The position numbers were made by a program, and so were the translations under genes. Shown here one piece after another: positions 1-8,488 of a DNA stretch of 20,039 nt. Source of the stretch: a virus. Position 1 is the stretch's first letter; every line of letters starts with the position of its first letter. Location: IMG/VR virus record IMGVR_UViG_3300027928_000002, positions 1-20,039 of that record, one strand, 5' to 3'. Under the pieces are notes generated by a model. The model was not told the origin of the DNA and did not search any database. It saw nothing but the letters and a program-made list of their open reading frames with translations.

Positions 1-5
1 ATTTT

Positions 6-1037
6 GTGATTATAGCAGGGCATGGGCGTTATGAAGCGGCTAAACTTTTAGGTTTAGAAGAAGTCCCAGTTATTGTTGCGGATGATTTAACCCCGGCACA
101 GGTTAAGGCTTTTAGAATCGCAGACAACAAAGTAGCGGAGAGCGAATGGGATGAACTTTCTCTCCAAGCTGAATTAGAGCAGTTACTGGAAGAAGGCTAC
201 GATCTCGAATTAACAGGTTTTGATGATGAAGAGATAGAGCGACTTTTCAAGGAATTAAGAGAAAATGAAAATGTTGATGAAGAAAAGGAAGACGATTTAC
301 CAGGCGTTAAAGAAGAATTAGACCCATTTTCAAAAGAAAGAGATGTATGGATCTTAGGTGAGCATCTGGTGATGTGTGGCGACAGCACGAAACGAGAAGA
401 TGTTGAGAGGTTGATGGGTAAAGAGAAGGCTAATGTTATCCTAACTGATCCACCATACGACTTTGACGATTTGAGTTGGTTCAATAATGCTCTCTCAATA
501 GCAAATAAGGAGAGTTGCGAAATTTTTGTGATGAATAGCGATAAGTATCTTGTTAAACTTGCATATAACTATTTTAATTATTTTAAGTATTTCTTCTCAG
601 TTACACTAAAGCCTGGCATTTTAGTTAATAACAATATGCCAATAACGGCTCATGATTTAATTGCTTACTTCAGAGTAGGCAAAACAAAGTTCAAAAACCT
701 ATATGATGCATTTTCAACAGCTCTCGAAATTAATAAGCGGAAAGATGATATACATAGGCATTTAAAACCTGTTGCGTTATTTAAAGAGTTTATCATCCAT
801 TTTTCTGATGAAGAGGAGATTATTGTTGATCTGTTTGCTGGTTCAGGCACAACCCTAATTGCTTGTGAGGAAACACGAAGAAAAGCGAGGCTTATGGAAC
901 TTGAACCTGCTAATGTTGATCTAATTGTAAAAAGATATATCGATGCTTTTGGTAATGATGACATAAAACTCATTAGGGATGGGATGGAAATTCCGTTTTA
1001 TGAGATTGAAGAGGAGTTTATGGCTCGTTTTGAGTGA
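6..1037 (+). CDS. ParB-like N-terminal domain + N6A/N4C DNA methyltransferase (5' end lies upstream of the window)
   Basis: ParB/Srx-like motif IIAGHGRYEAAKLLGLEEVPV...ADNKVAE; catalytic motif IV LTDPPY precedes motif I DLFAGSGTT (beta-class order); the frame is open to the window edge. This fusion is common just upstream of phage terS. Confidence 0.85.
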   Translation: MIIAGHGRYEAAKLLGLEEVPVIVADDLTPAQVKAFRIADNKVAESEWDELSLQAELEQLLEEGYDLELTGFDDEEIERLFKELRENENVDEEKEDDLPGVKEELDPFSKERDVWILGEHLVMCGDSTKREDVERLMGKEKANVILTDPPYDFDDLSWFNNALSIANKESCEIFVMNSDKYLVKLAYNYFNYFKYFFSVTLKPGILVNNNMPITAHDLIAYFRVGKTKFKNLYDAFSTALEINKRKDDIHRHLKPVALFKEFIIHFSDEEEIIVDLFAGSGTTLIACEETRRKARLMELEPANVDLIVKRYIDAFGNDDIKLIRDGMEIPFYEIEEEFMARFE

Positions 1038-1498
1038 TACTAATGGAAGCTGAAGTTTTAATTAAACAGATGCCTGCAAAGGTTTTAAAAGCTTACGAAA
1101 TTTGGACTAAAACACACTCTAATAAAAAAACAGCCGAATTAATAGGTGTTAGCGAAAGAACAATAAGCGTTTGGAAGAAGAAATACCGCTGGGGGGACAT
1201 AGAGGCGGAAACTTTAGCAAGGATAATAGATGAAGCTAATGATAAAGTGTCTAAAATAAAAGAAGATCAACGAAAAATAGTAACTGCCGCTATAGCTTCA
1301 GCAATAAAACAATTAAAAGAAGGCAAAATAAAAGCACGCTCTTTTTCAGATTTAGTTACCCTTCTCAAATACCAGCTGGAGCTCGAAGGAGAGTTTAAAC
1401 AGGATGTTAATGTTAATGTGTCACTTTCACTTGCCAGCCTCCACGAAGAATTAGAGAGAAGAAGGAGAGAAGCTGGGGAGGGGATGAAGGCTGAATAA
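1034..1498 (+). CDS. terS: Terminase small subunit (N-terminal HTH)
   Basis: HTH NKKTAELIGVSERTISVWKKKYRW followed by a helical oligomerisation region; directly upstream of TerL. Start may be the ATG at 1043. Confidence 0.75.
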   Translation: MILMEAEVLIKQMPAKVLKAYEIWTKTHSNKKTAELIGVSERTISVWKKKYRWGDIEAETLARIIDEANDKVSKIKEDQRKIVTAAIASAIKQLKEGKIKARSFSDLVTLLKYQLELEGEFKQDVNVNVSLSLASLHEELERRRREAGEGMKAE

Positions 1499-2855
1499 GG
1501 TTGATTTTGTTGATTTATTAGCTCAATGGCAGAAAGATCCTATTCAATTTATTATTGATCTTTTTGGTGAGAAGCCCGACCCTCTCCAAGCAGATGTGCT
1601 AAAGGCGATATCTAAGAATAAGAAAATAGCAGTAAGGAGTGGTCATGGAGTAGGAAAAACTTGGTTAGCAGCACGAGCAGCAATATGGTTTTTTGTAACT
1701 CATCCTCATTCTAAGGTAATAACTACTGCTCCTACTTGGCAACAGGTTAGAAAAGTTTTATGGTCTGAAATTCATTCAGCGTTAAGAAAAGTTCCGCCAA
1801 TTCTTAGAGATAATTTTGATATTTTAGATATGGATATTTATATGAAAGATAAGAATGGAGAGAGAATTCAAGATTGGTATATTACTGGGAGGAGTAGTGA
1901 TAGACCAGAAAACATGCAAGGTTTCCACGCTCCTTACTTGTTTTATGTCATCGATGAGGCATCTGGTGTAAAAGATGAAATTTACGAGGCAATAGAAGGA
2001 AGTCAAACCACAGAGGCAAAAATGCTTTTAATAGGCAACCCAACCAAACCAGAAGGATATTTTTATGATGCTTTTCATAAGAACAGGGAGTTATGGGTTA
2101 CTTTTCATTTATCCAGTCTTGATAGCCCGAGAGTGAGTAAAGACTGGATTGAAGAGAGAAAGCGAGAATGGGGGGAGGATAGCGTTTTATATAAGGTTAG
2201 AGTGCTCGGTGAATTCCCTGACGTAATAAGTAACGCTTTAATTCCGCTTCATTGGATTGAAAAGGCGATAAATGTTGATCTGCATGTTGATAATTTTGAT
2301 GAAATCAGAATAGGGGTAGATGTTGCGAGGATGGGAGAGGATGAAACAGTAATAACTGTGATAGGGCAAAATGGAGAGCATATCAAAGTTATAGATATAA
2401 TTTCAGCTCAAGGAAAAGAAACAACTTGGACAGCAAGGAGAGTCAAGAGGTTATATGAGAAGTATAACGCTAAAATAGTAAATGTTGATGATACTGGTGT
2501 AGGTGGTGGAGTAACAGACTTATTAAAAGAGGAGGGCGTAAAAGTCAATCCAATTAAGTTTGGAGCATCCCCTACAAGGGGGGAGGCTAAACTTCTTTTC
2601 GCTAACTTAAAAGCCCAAATTTATTATGAGCTAAGAGATTATTTTGATCCTTCTAAAGAGCAGATGATAAGCATCCCAGACCACCCAAAGTTGATTAGGG
2701 ATCTTTCAGCGTTAAAACAAGATTACACGAGCAGAGATTTAATAAAAATCATTGATCCACCAAAAAGCCCGGATTACTCAGATAGTTTAGCTTTAGCGGT
2801 TACGAGAGTAGGGAGAAGAGAGGTTTTAAGACCACCAAGCGTTTTTTTGGGGTGA
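1491..2855 (+). CDS. terL: Terminase large subunit (ORF track start GTG 1596; probable true start CTG 1491)
   Basis: Walker A RSGHGVGKT, Walker B YVIDEA, motif III GNPT, RNase H-like nuclease GVDVAR and DYSDS. The frame is open from 1488 and adds LAQWQKDPIQFIIDLFGEKPDPLQADV, a typical TerL N-terminus with the Q motif. Confidence 0.95.
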   Translation: MNKVDFVDLLAQWQKDPIQFIIDLFGEKPDPLQADVLKAISKNKKIAVRSGHGVGKTWLAARAAIWFFVTHPHSKVITTAPTWQQVRKVLWSEIHSALRKVPPILRDNFDILDMDIYMKDKNGERIQDWYITGRSSDRPENMQGFHAPYLFYVIDEASGVKDEIYEAIEGSQTTEAKMLLIGNPTKPEGYFYDAFHKNRELWVTFHLSSLDSPRVSKDWIEERKREWGEDSVLYKVRVLGEFPDVISNALIPLHWIEKAINVDLHVDNFDEIRIGVDVARMGEDETVITVIGQNGEHIKVIDIISAQGKETTWTARRVKRLYEKYNAKIVNVDDTGVGGGVTDLLKEEGVKVNPIKFGASPTRGEAKLLFANLKAQIYYELRDYFDPSKEQMISIPDHPKLIRDLSALKQDYTSRDLIKIIDPPKSPDYSDSLALAVTRVGRREVLRPPSVFLG

Positions 2856-2861
2856 TATAGG

Positions 2862-3149
2862 TTGGTAGAAACTAAATGGTATGTAGGAACTGTGGGCGTT
2901 AAGCTTGTCGTTGAAACAGGACAGGATTTATCTACTGCTTTTCAAGTGAGCGTTTTAGTAAAAAAGCCTGATGGGACACAAGAAGAATGGATAGGAACTG
3001 CTAACGGCACACAGATAGAGTATATTATTCAAAATGGAGATTTAGACCAAGCTGGAATCTACAGAATTCAAGCAAAGGTTACTTTTGCGGATGGATCTGT
3101 TTGGTATGGACATACAGATGTTTTAGTAATTTATGAGTTATTTGAGTAG
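2862..3149 (+). CDS. Small Ig-like virion protein, BppU N-terminal-domain-like
   Basis: TTG start 5 nt after GGGGTGAT; motif VKKPDGT...YIIQNGDLDQAGIYRIQAKVTF resembles the BppU-N Ig-like fold. Confidence 0.55.
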   Translation: MVETKWYVGTVGVKLVVETGQDLSTAFQVSVLVKKPDGTQEEWIGTANGTQIEYIIQNGDLDQAGIYRIQAKVTFADGSVWYGHTDVLVIYELFE

Positions 3150-3162
3150 GGGGTTGATAAAA

Positions 3163-3633
3163 ATGGGTAAAGAAAAGTTTGGGTTAAAAGGAAAGGTAAA
3201 AATACGAATTTTTAAGGCGAAAACAGGCGAAGTTATAGAGGAAGAGTTTGATAATTTGGTAGTGAACGCTGGAAAAGCAGAAGTAGCTAAATTAATTGGC
3301 TCTGGGCTTGGAGGAACAGCATTTGGTTATATAGCGATTGGAACTGGGACTACAGCGGAAGCAGCAACTGATACAGCAATGGAGGTAGAATTAAAGAGGA
3401 AAGCCGCAACTGTTACAAGCGTTACAAGCAACATTACTAACGACACCGCAAGATTTGAAGCAACATTTAGCTCTGATGACGGGCTAACTGGAACTTCCGC
3501 TGTTACCGAATATGGGTTATTTAACGACCCCACCGCTGGAACTATGCTCAGCAGAGTAGTTCAATCAGCTAAAAACCTGGACTGGGACGCCGGGGACAGT
3601 CTCACCGTCACGTGGGATATTATTGTCAGCTGA
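3163..3633 (+). CDS. Stand-alone tail-collar-fibre N-terminal (DUF3751)-like structural protein
   Basis: Motifs NLVVNAGKAEVAKL, YIAIGTGTTA, ELKRK, FEATF, TEYGLF, DSLTVTW. Likely start ATG 3163 after RBS GGGGTTGAT (ORF track start 3133). Confidence 0.6.
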   Translation: MGKEKFGLKGKVKIRIFKAKTGEVIEEEFDNLVVNAGKAEVAKLIGSGLGGTAFGYIAIGTGTTAEAATDTAMEVELKRKAATVTSVTSNITNDTARFEATFSSDDGLTGTSAVTEYGLFNDPTAGTMLSRVVQSAKNLDWDAGDSLTVTWDIIVS

Positions 3634-3647
3634 TTTTTTTGCTTTTT
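3634..3647 (+). terminator. Oligo-T (archaeal-type) terminator
   Basis: TTTTTTTGCTTTTT immediately after the stop codon, with no upstream hairpin. Confidence 0.55.
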
Positions 3648-3684
3648 ACCTACTAACTAAATTAAGTAAGCAGGTGAAGTAAAA

Positions 3685-5034
3685 ATGACTTGGCTAACAG
3701 GGTGGACGTATAGACGAAGCATCACCATAACGGAGCAAAGCGGGAGTGATTTAACAGATTATCAAGTAAAAATAGAATTAAATAGTTCAAACTTTGACTT
3801 TTCTAAAGCAAATGCTGATGGTAGCGATATTAGGTTTGCAGCAGAGGATGGGACAACATTATTGCCTTATTGGATTGAAGAATGGGATAGCGGTAATCAA
3901 ACAGCAAAGATATGGGTAAAAATTCCAAGTTTGTTAGCAAATTCAAGCATAACGATTTATATGTATTATGGGAACGAGAACGCAGTAAGTGAGAGTAACG
4001 CTGAAGAAGTTTTTGACTTTTACGACGATTTCAACGGCACGGATTTAGACTTTAGCAAGTGGAAGAAAGAAGGGAACTTAAATTATTCACTATCTAACGG
4101 CATGTTAACAATTGAGGAGACAGCGGGAACATGGGGGTTTATACGACCGCTTAAGAATTTTCCATCAAGGAACATAGTTTTTGAGGCCTACAGGAAACAT
4201 AACAGTGGGTCAGAAGTGAATCATTATATACACAATTATGATGCAAACAGGAACATATGGGAGAATAAAAGCTGGTATAGGGCCGAAACAAGAACCACAG
4301 ACACTTATGGAAACAGTGGGTCAGAAGTGAATCATTATATACACAATTATGATGCAAACAGGAACATATGGGAGAATAAAAGCTGGTATAGGGCCGAAAC
4401 AAGAACCACAGACACTTATGGAAACAGTGGGTCAGAAGTGAATCATTATATACACAATTATGATGCAAACAGGAACATATGGGAGAATAAAAGCTGGTAT
4501 AGGGCCGAAACAAGAACCACAGACACTTATGGAATAACCCGTTATACTCAGAGTGACTCTTCACAAACACAGTTATATCGCACATCTTTAGAAATTAACA
4601 TTTTTAGGCTTTACAGCGTTGCGATCGATGACACGAATATTAAATTTTACGTTGATAATGTTTTAAAGTATAGTGAAGCCTGTAGGCTTTCAGAACTGGA
4701 CAGGCTTTATTATTCAATATCTTTATGGTACTATGGAAACGGGACTATAGACTGGGTGAGAGTGAGAAAATACGCAGATCCAGAGCCGACTTTCACGGTT
4801 AGTGCTGAGGGAGTCCCTATATCAGGTATAGTAAAGTTGTCAGATGGAACGCCCGTGAGTGGTGCTACTGTAATCTGTATAAGGGAAGACACTAATACAA
4901 TAGTTGGAGTTACAACATCGCAAACAGATGGGAGTTATACTGTTTCGGCTGCTGAGGGAGTTAAAAATACCGTTATAGTAATTCCATCTGATGGCACACA
5001 AAATGGAGATATTAAGTGTCATATAGTGCCTTAA
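3685..5034 (+). CDS. DUF2341-domain adhesin/fibre protein with central lectin-like insert and C-terminal carboxypeptidase-regulatory-like Ig domain
   Basis: N-terminus WTYRRSITI...DYQVKIEL...DGSDIRF...LPYWIE...IWVKIP...IYMYYGN...FDFYDDF; closing DWVRVRKYADPEP; C-terminus ISGIVKLSDGTPVSGATV...TDGSY. RBS GGTGA upstream. Confidence 0.75.
   Translation: MTWLTGWTYRRSITITEQSGSDLTDYQVKIELNSSNFDFSKANADGSDIRFAAEDGTTLLPYWIEEWDSGNQTAKIWVKIPSLLANSSITIYMYYGNENAVSESNAEEVFDFYDDFNGTDLDFSKWKKEGNLNYSLSNGMLTIEETAGTWGFIRPLKNFPSRNIVFEAYRKHNSGSEVNHYIHNYDANRNIWENKSWYRAETRTTDTYGNSGSEVNHYIHNYDANRNIWENKSWYRAETRTTDTYGNSGSEVNHYIHNYDANRNIWENKSWYRAETRTTDTYGITRYTQSDSSQTQLYRTSLEINIFRLYSVAIDDTNIKFYVDNVLKYSEACRLSELDRLYYSISLWYYGNGTIDWVRVRKYADPEPTFTVSAEGVPISGIVKLSDGTPVSGATVICIREDTNTIVGVTTSQTDGSYTVSAAEGVKNTVIVIPSDGTQNGDIKCHIVP
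4201..4533 (+). repeat. Perfect in-frame tandem repeat, 3 x 111 bp (37 aa NSGSEVNHYIHNYDANRNIWENKSWYRAETRTTDTYG)
   Basis: Copies at 4201-4311, 4312-4422 and 4423-4533 read as identical base by base. Confidence 0.97.
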
Positions 5035-5045
5035 CGGTGGCATAA

Positions 5046-6155
5046 ATGACTTATACCCCTCCTTCATCAAACAATGTGGAACTAACTATACAAACAAGTT
5101 ATTCATCACCAGCATCTACAAACGTAGAGCTTATAATAGATTTAGGTGTAGTAACTTACTCTATTACAATAGTAGAAGGAATGACTTTAGTAAGTTCTCC
5201 AGCCAAGCAATTAAGCAGGGTACAACAAATAGCATTAACTTTAACTTTAGCAGAGGATTTACAAAAAGTATTACCTTTGCTTGTATCAAATACTGATAAT
5301 ATAACTTTAAACGAGAGCTTATTAAAAAAGGAGTTGGTGAGAAAGCTACTTAGCGAGATTATAACTTTAACTGAAGACTTGGCTAAGCAAGGCGTTCTTA
5401 ATTTACCTTTATCAGAGCTTTTGTTTTTGGATGAAGACACTACCACAGCGGGAGACTTCAAGTCCGGCTTAGTTGATAATGTTACACTCGTCGAAGCGAT
5501 ATTTTATATTAAGCAGTTAAACAGCATTTTGAAAGAGAGCATTAATATAAATGAAGTAACAGCATTCACAAGTTTAATAAATAAAATACTATCTGATTTA
5601 GTAAACTTAATTGAAAATGTAGATTTAAAATCAGGAAGCGGGCAGTATATAGTAGATACATTATCTCTTTCAGAGGAGAGAAGGCTTAATTTATTAAGCG
5701 CATTAGTAGACAGCGTTGTTTTGCAAGAGCTTTTAACGAAAGTTTATACTGCCTTCATACAAAATATAGAGAACATACATCTGAGCGAAAAGACTGAGAG
5801 GAGGATTGGTATAAGCTATAGCGAGGCAATAACTCTATTAGATACAATCATAAAAGAATTAAAAATTATACTGTATGACAACATAGCATTAAACGAGTTT
5901 ATTACTTATCATTTAACAGCTTCTCTTTTAACTGAGATAATGTTAAACGAAGCCCAGCAAGGGAGCGCTTACTTAACGGAACAAATCCTCGACACGTTAG
6001 GGTTAAGCGATCAAATTGATGTAATCCGTCAATTGCTCACTATTTCCGGCGAGTATAATTTAGTTTCATTGATTTTAACGGCTAAATTGCTTAATTCTGA
6101 TATTGGAGCGATAATAAAGTTATACTCTTTAATTAAAAAAGAGGAGGATATATGA
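5046..6155 (+). CDS. Virion-associated repeat protein (two Y-x-x-P-x-S-x-N-V-E-L motifs, then 15 repeats of 18/20 aa)
   Basis: Repeat core [DE]-x-[ILV]-x-L-x-[ED] recurs at 18- or 20-residue spacing across residues 40-331; function not recognised. Confidence 0.7.
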   Translation: MTYTPPSSNNVELTIQTSYSSPASTNVELIIDLGVVTYSITIVEGMTLVSSPAKQLSRVQQIALTLTLAEDLQKVLPLLVSNTDNITLNESLLKKELVRKLLSEIITLTEDLAKQGVLNLPLSELLFLDEDTTTAGDFKSGLVDNVTLVEAIFYIKQLNSILKESININEVTAFTSLINKILSDLVNLIENVDLKSGSGQYIVDTLSLSEERRLNLLSALVDSVVLQELLTKVYTAFIQNIENIHLSEKTERRIGISYSEAITLLDTIIKELKIILYDNIALNEFITYHLTASLLTEIMLNEAQQGSAYLTEQILDTLGLSDQIDVIRQLLTISGEYNLVSLILTAKLLNSDIGAIIKLYSLIKKEEDI

Positions 6156-7423
6156 TGAAAATTGATTTAAAAGGTTTATTTAAACAAAAGCAAGTGCCTA
6201 AGCCTCCAGTAGAACTTAGAAAATCAAACTCATCTACTTTGGAATATGCACAATTAACAACAAAAGCATATGCTTTAGATAGAGAGCTCTTAATCTTATG
6301 TGAGAATGCTTATTTAAGTGAGCCCTTAACCAGAAAGGGAATACTGAAACGAAGCCATGATACTTTTGAGAGATGGATCACAATTATAACAGAAAACGAA
6401 GCAATAGAAGAAGCCTTTTATGAGCTCGAGGATAAAACAGACTTGAAAAATAAATTAATTGACCTGCTTAAAAACGCAATGATCTATGGCGTTGGTTACT
6501 TAGAGATAATCTTTGAAAACGATGATAGAAGAGCTGAGGAAGAGCCTCCTAAAACGCCAATCATAGGGATTGAATTAATAGATCCAAAGACAATTTGCCC
6601 AGTTTACCAGTCTGATCCTAAAAAAGAAGATTATGGAGAACTGCTTTATTATGAGCAGAGAATAAACGAACTGCCGGGTTATGGGCTCAAAATTCATCCA
6701 AAACGGATAATTGAATTTAAATACGATACGATAGGCGATGGAAAGAGACCAATCGGTGTTATAGAACCGATGCTTTATGTTATTGAAGCCAAAATAACGC
6801 TAGATAAAGCGTCTGGAAAAATACCCAAAAAAGTGATCTCTCAGATTATAACTGCTACTTTAAAAGGTGATGGTGTTACTCAGCAACTATTAGATGAATG
6901 GGCAAAGGCTTTTGCGAAAATGGAAGATGTAGGTCGTTTCGTTACTCCCGAAATGGTAGAAGTGGATATTAAAGAGGGAGGAAAGGCTTTAGATATTAAG
7001 CCTTATTCAGAGCATTTAATCTATCAGATAGCTGGAGGAGTAGGAGTTCCTTATACCGTTTTGCTTGGATCAGGGCACGGAACATTAAGCACAGCTGAAA
7101 CTAATTTAAGAGATTATTATAGTGATCTAAAAGACCTTCAAGTAAGATTTACACCGATAATTACGAGATTACTGGACTGGGAGCTTGAAGCGAGAGGAAT
7201 TAGCGGAGATTATGATATCGTATGGAACGAGATTTACGCTGATGAAAAGAGCGAAGCAGAGGTTTTAGCTACAAAAGCGAAGGCAATAGACCTTCTTCTT
7301 ATGAGCGGAGTTATAAGCGTTAATGAAGCAAGAGAATATCTTAACCTGCCCCCTTTGGAAGAAGAGGAATTGATGGAGAGATACGGCACACCAGTCAAAA
7401 GAGGTAGGTATGCTCATGGCTAA
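6152..7423 (+). CDS. Portal protein
   Basis: About 420 aa; motifs NAMIYGVGYLEI, KIHPKRIIEF, YQIAGGVGVPYTVLLG, NLRDYY, SGVISVNEAREYL; upstream of MuF. Confidence 0.88.
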   Translation: MMKIDLKGLFKQKQVPKPPVELRKSNSSTLEYAQLTTKAYALDRELLILCENAYLSEPLTRKGILKRSHDTFERWITIITENEAIEEAFYELEDKTDLKNKLIDLLKNAMIYGVGYLEIIFENDDRRAEEEPPKTPIIGIELIDPKTICPVYQSDPKKEDYGELLYYEQRINELPGYGLKIHPKRIIEFKYDTIGDGKRPIGVIEPMLYVIEAKITLDKASGKIPKKVISQIITATLKGDGVTQQLLDEWAKAFAKMEDVGRFVTPEMVEVDIKEGGKALDIKPYSEHLIYQIAGGVGVPYTVLLGSGHGTLSTAETNLRDYYSDLKDLQVRFTPIITRLLDWELEARGISGDYDIVWNEIYADEKSEAEVLATKAKAIDLLLMSGVISVNEAREYLNLPPLEEEELMERYGTPVKRGRYAHG

Positions 7424-8165
7424 GCCTGATCTCGATATTCTGTTTAAAGTTGTAGATGATCTACTGTATAATATGCTCGAGGCGACTAAGGAAGGTAGTA
7501 TTAAGTATATAGAAGAAGCGTATAAGAAAGGGCTCGATAAAGCTAACTCAGATCTCAAAAAATATGGTTGGACTTTTGATATTCCTCCGGATCCTCACAG
7601 CATTGAATTTTTAGAGCAATACACTTTTGATCTGATTACAGGCGTAGGAGAGGATGTAAGAAAGGAAATACGGAGAGTGGTTAGGCAGGGAATTTTAGAC
7701 GGTAAAAGTATGCAAAAAGTAGCGAAAGAGTTGAGAGATGTAGGTTTTACAAGAAAGAAATGGCGATTAAACACTATCGCAAGAACTGAGGTAATGAGAG
7801 CAAGTAATTATGGAAGGTTAGAGGGGTATAAAAAAAGCGGAGTAGTGAAATACAAACAATGGCTTACTGCTTTTGATGATAGGACTTGCCCAGAATGTGA
7901 GGCGATGAATGGAGAAATAGCGGAGATAGATAAGCCTTTTTCGTCTGGAGAACAAGCTCCTCCTCTTCATCCTAATTGTAGATGCACGATTGTTCCAGTT
8001 TTTGAAAAAAAGGAATTAAGACGGCATTATCATTTTGGTAGAAAGGGGGAGTTAAACGTCAAGAGGATAGAGGCAAAATTTGCGAGACATCTTCAAAATA
8101 GCTTTAAAGAGATTATTAAGGCAGTTATAGAGCTAATAAGCCAATATTGGGGTGTTTTAGCTTGA
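7410..8165 (+). CDS. MuF / SPP1 gp7-like head morphogenesis protein
   Basis: RLNTIARTEVMRA, KQWLTAFDDRTCPEC and PPLHPNCRCTI are hallmark MuF motifs. Confidence 0.92.
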   Translation: MLMAKPDLDILFKVVDDLLYNMLEATKEGSIKYIEEAYKKGLDKANSDLKKYGWTFDIPPDPHSIEFLEQYTFDLITGVGEDVRKEIRRVVRQGILDGKSMQKVAKELRDVGFTRKKWRLNTIARTEVMRASNYGRLEGYKKSGVVKYKQWLTAFDDRTCPECEAMNGEIAEIDKPFSSGEQAPPLHPNCRCTIVPVFEKKELRRHYHFGRKGELNVKRIEAKFARHLQNSFKEIIKAVIELISQYWGVLA

Positions 8166-8488
8166 CTGGCATCGAATTAATTGGGTTTAAATCACTTAAT
8201 AAGAAGCTACAGCAGTTAGAAGAGCTGGATAAAAAAATAGAGATAATAGCTTTAATGGTTGAAAAAGAGGCAAAGGAACTTTGTCCCGTTAGAACTGGTC
8301 GTTTAAGGGCGTCTATCCATGCTGGAAAAGAAAACAAATATACTCATTATGTAGGCACGAATGTAGAATATGCTCCTTTTGTCGAGTTTGGAACGAGAAA
8401 AATGAGAGCACAGCCGTATTTACGCCCTGCAGTTAAAAAGGTAGTTAATTATGTGAAACAACAAGGAATAAGCTGGTGGATAGATTGA
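8162..8488 (+). CDS. HK97 gp10-like neck/tail-completion protein
   Basis: AKELCPVRTGRLRASI, VGTNVEYAPFVEFGT, AQPYLRPA. Likely start TTG 8162 after GGGGTG, overlapping the MuF stop (ORF track start 8147). Confidence 0.85.
   Translation: MTGIELIGFKSLNKKLQQLEELDKKIEIIALMVEKEAKELCPVRTGRLRASIHAGKENKYTHYVGTNVEYAPFVEFGTRKMRAQPYLRPAVKKVVNYVKQQGISWWID

Noticed and set aside
1491-2855. Intein or intron in TerL
   Set aside because: Normal length (about 454 aa) with continuous motifs; no C/S...HN splice signature or homing endonuclease.
4201-4533. Diversity-generating retroelement TR/VR pair
   Set aside because: The copies are adjacent and identical with no adenine-specific mismatches; no reverse transcriptase or separate template repeat in the window.
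4201-4533. CRISPR array or mini-array (also considered for the 16-21 bp repeats)
   Set aside because: No unique spacers between repeats, unit lengths do not fit, and the repeats lie in frame within genes; no cas genes.
8040-8165. MuF C-terminal extension as a toxin or permuted domain
   Set aside because: Only about 50 aa with no catalytic motif and no immunity-like gene after it; too little evidence.
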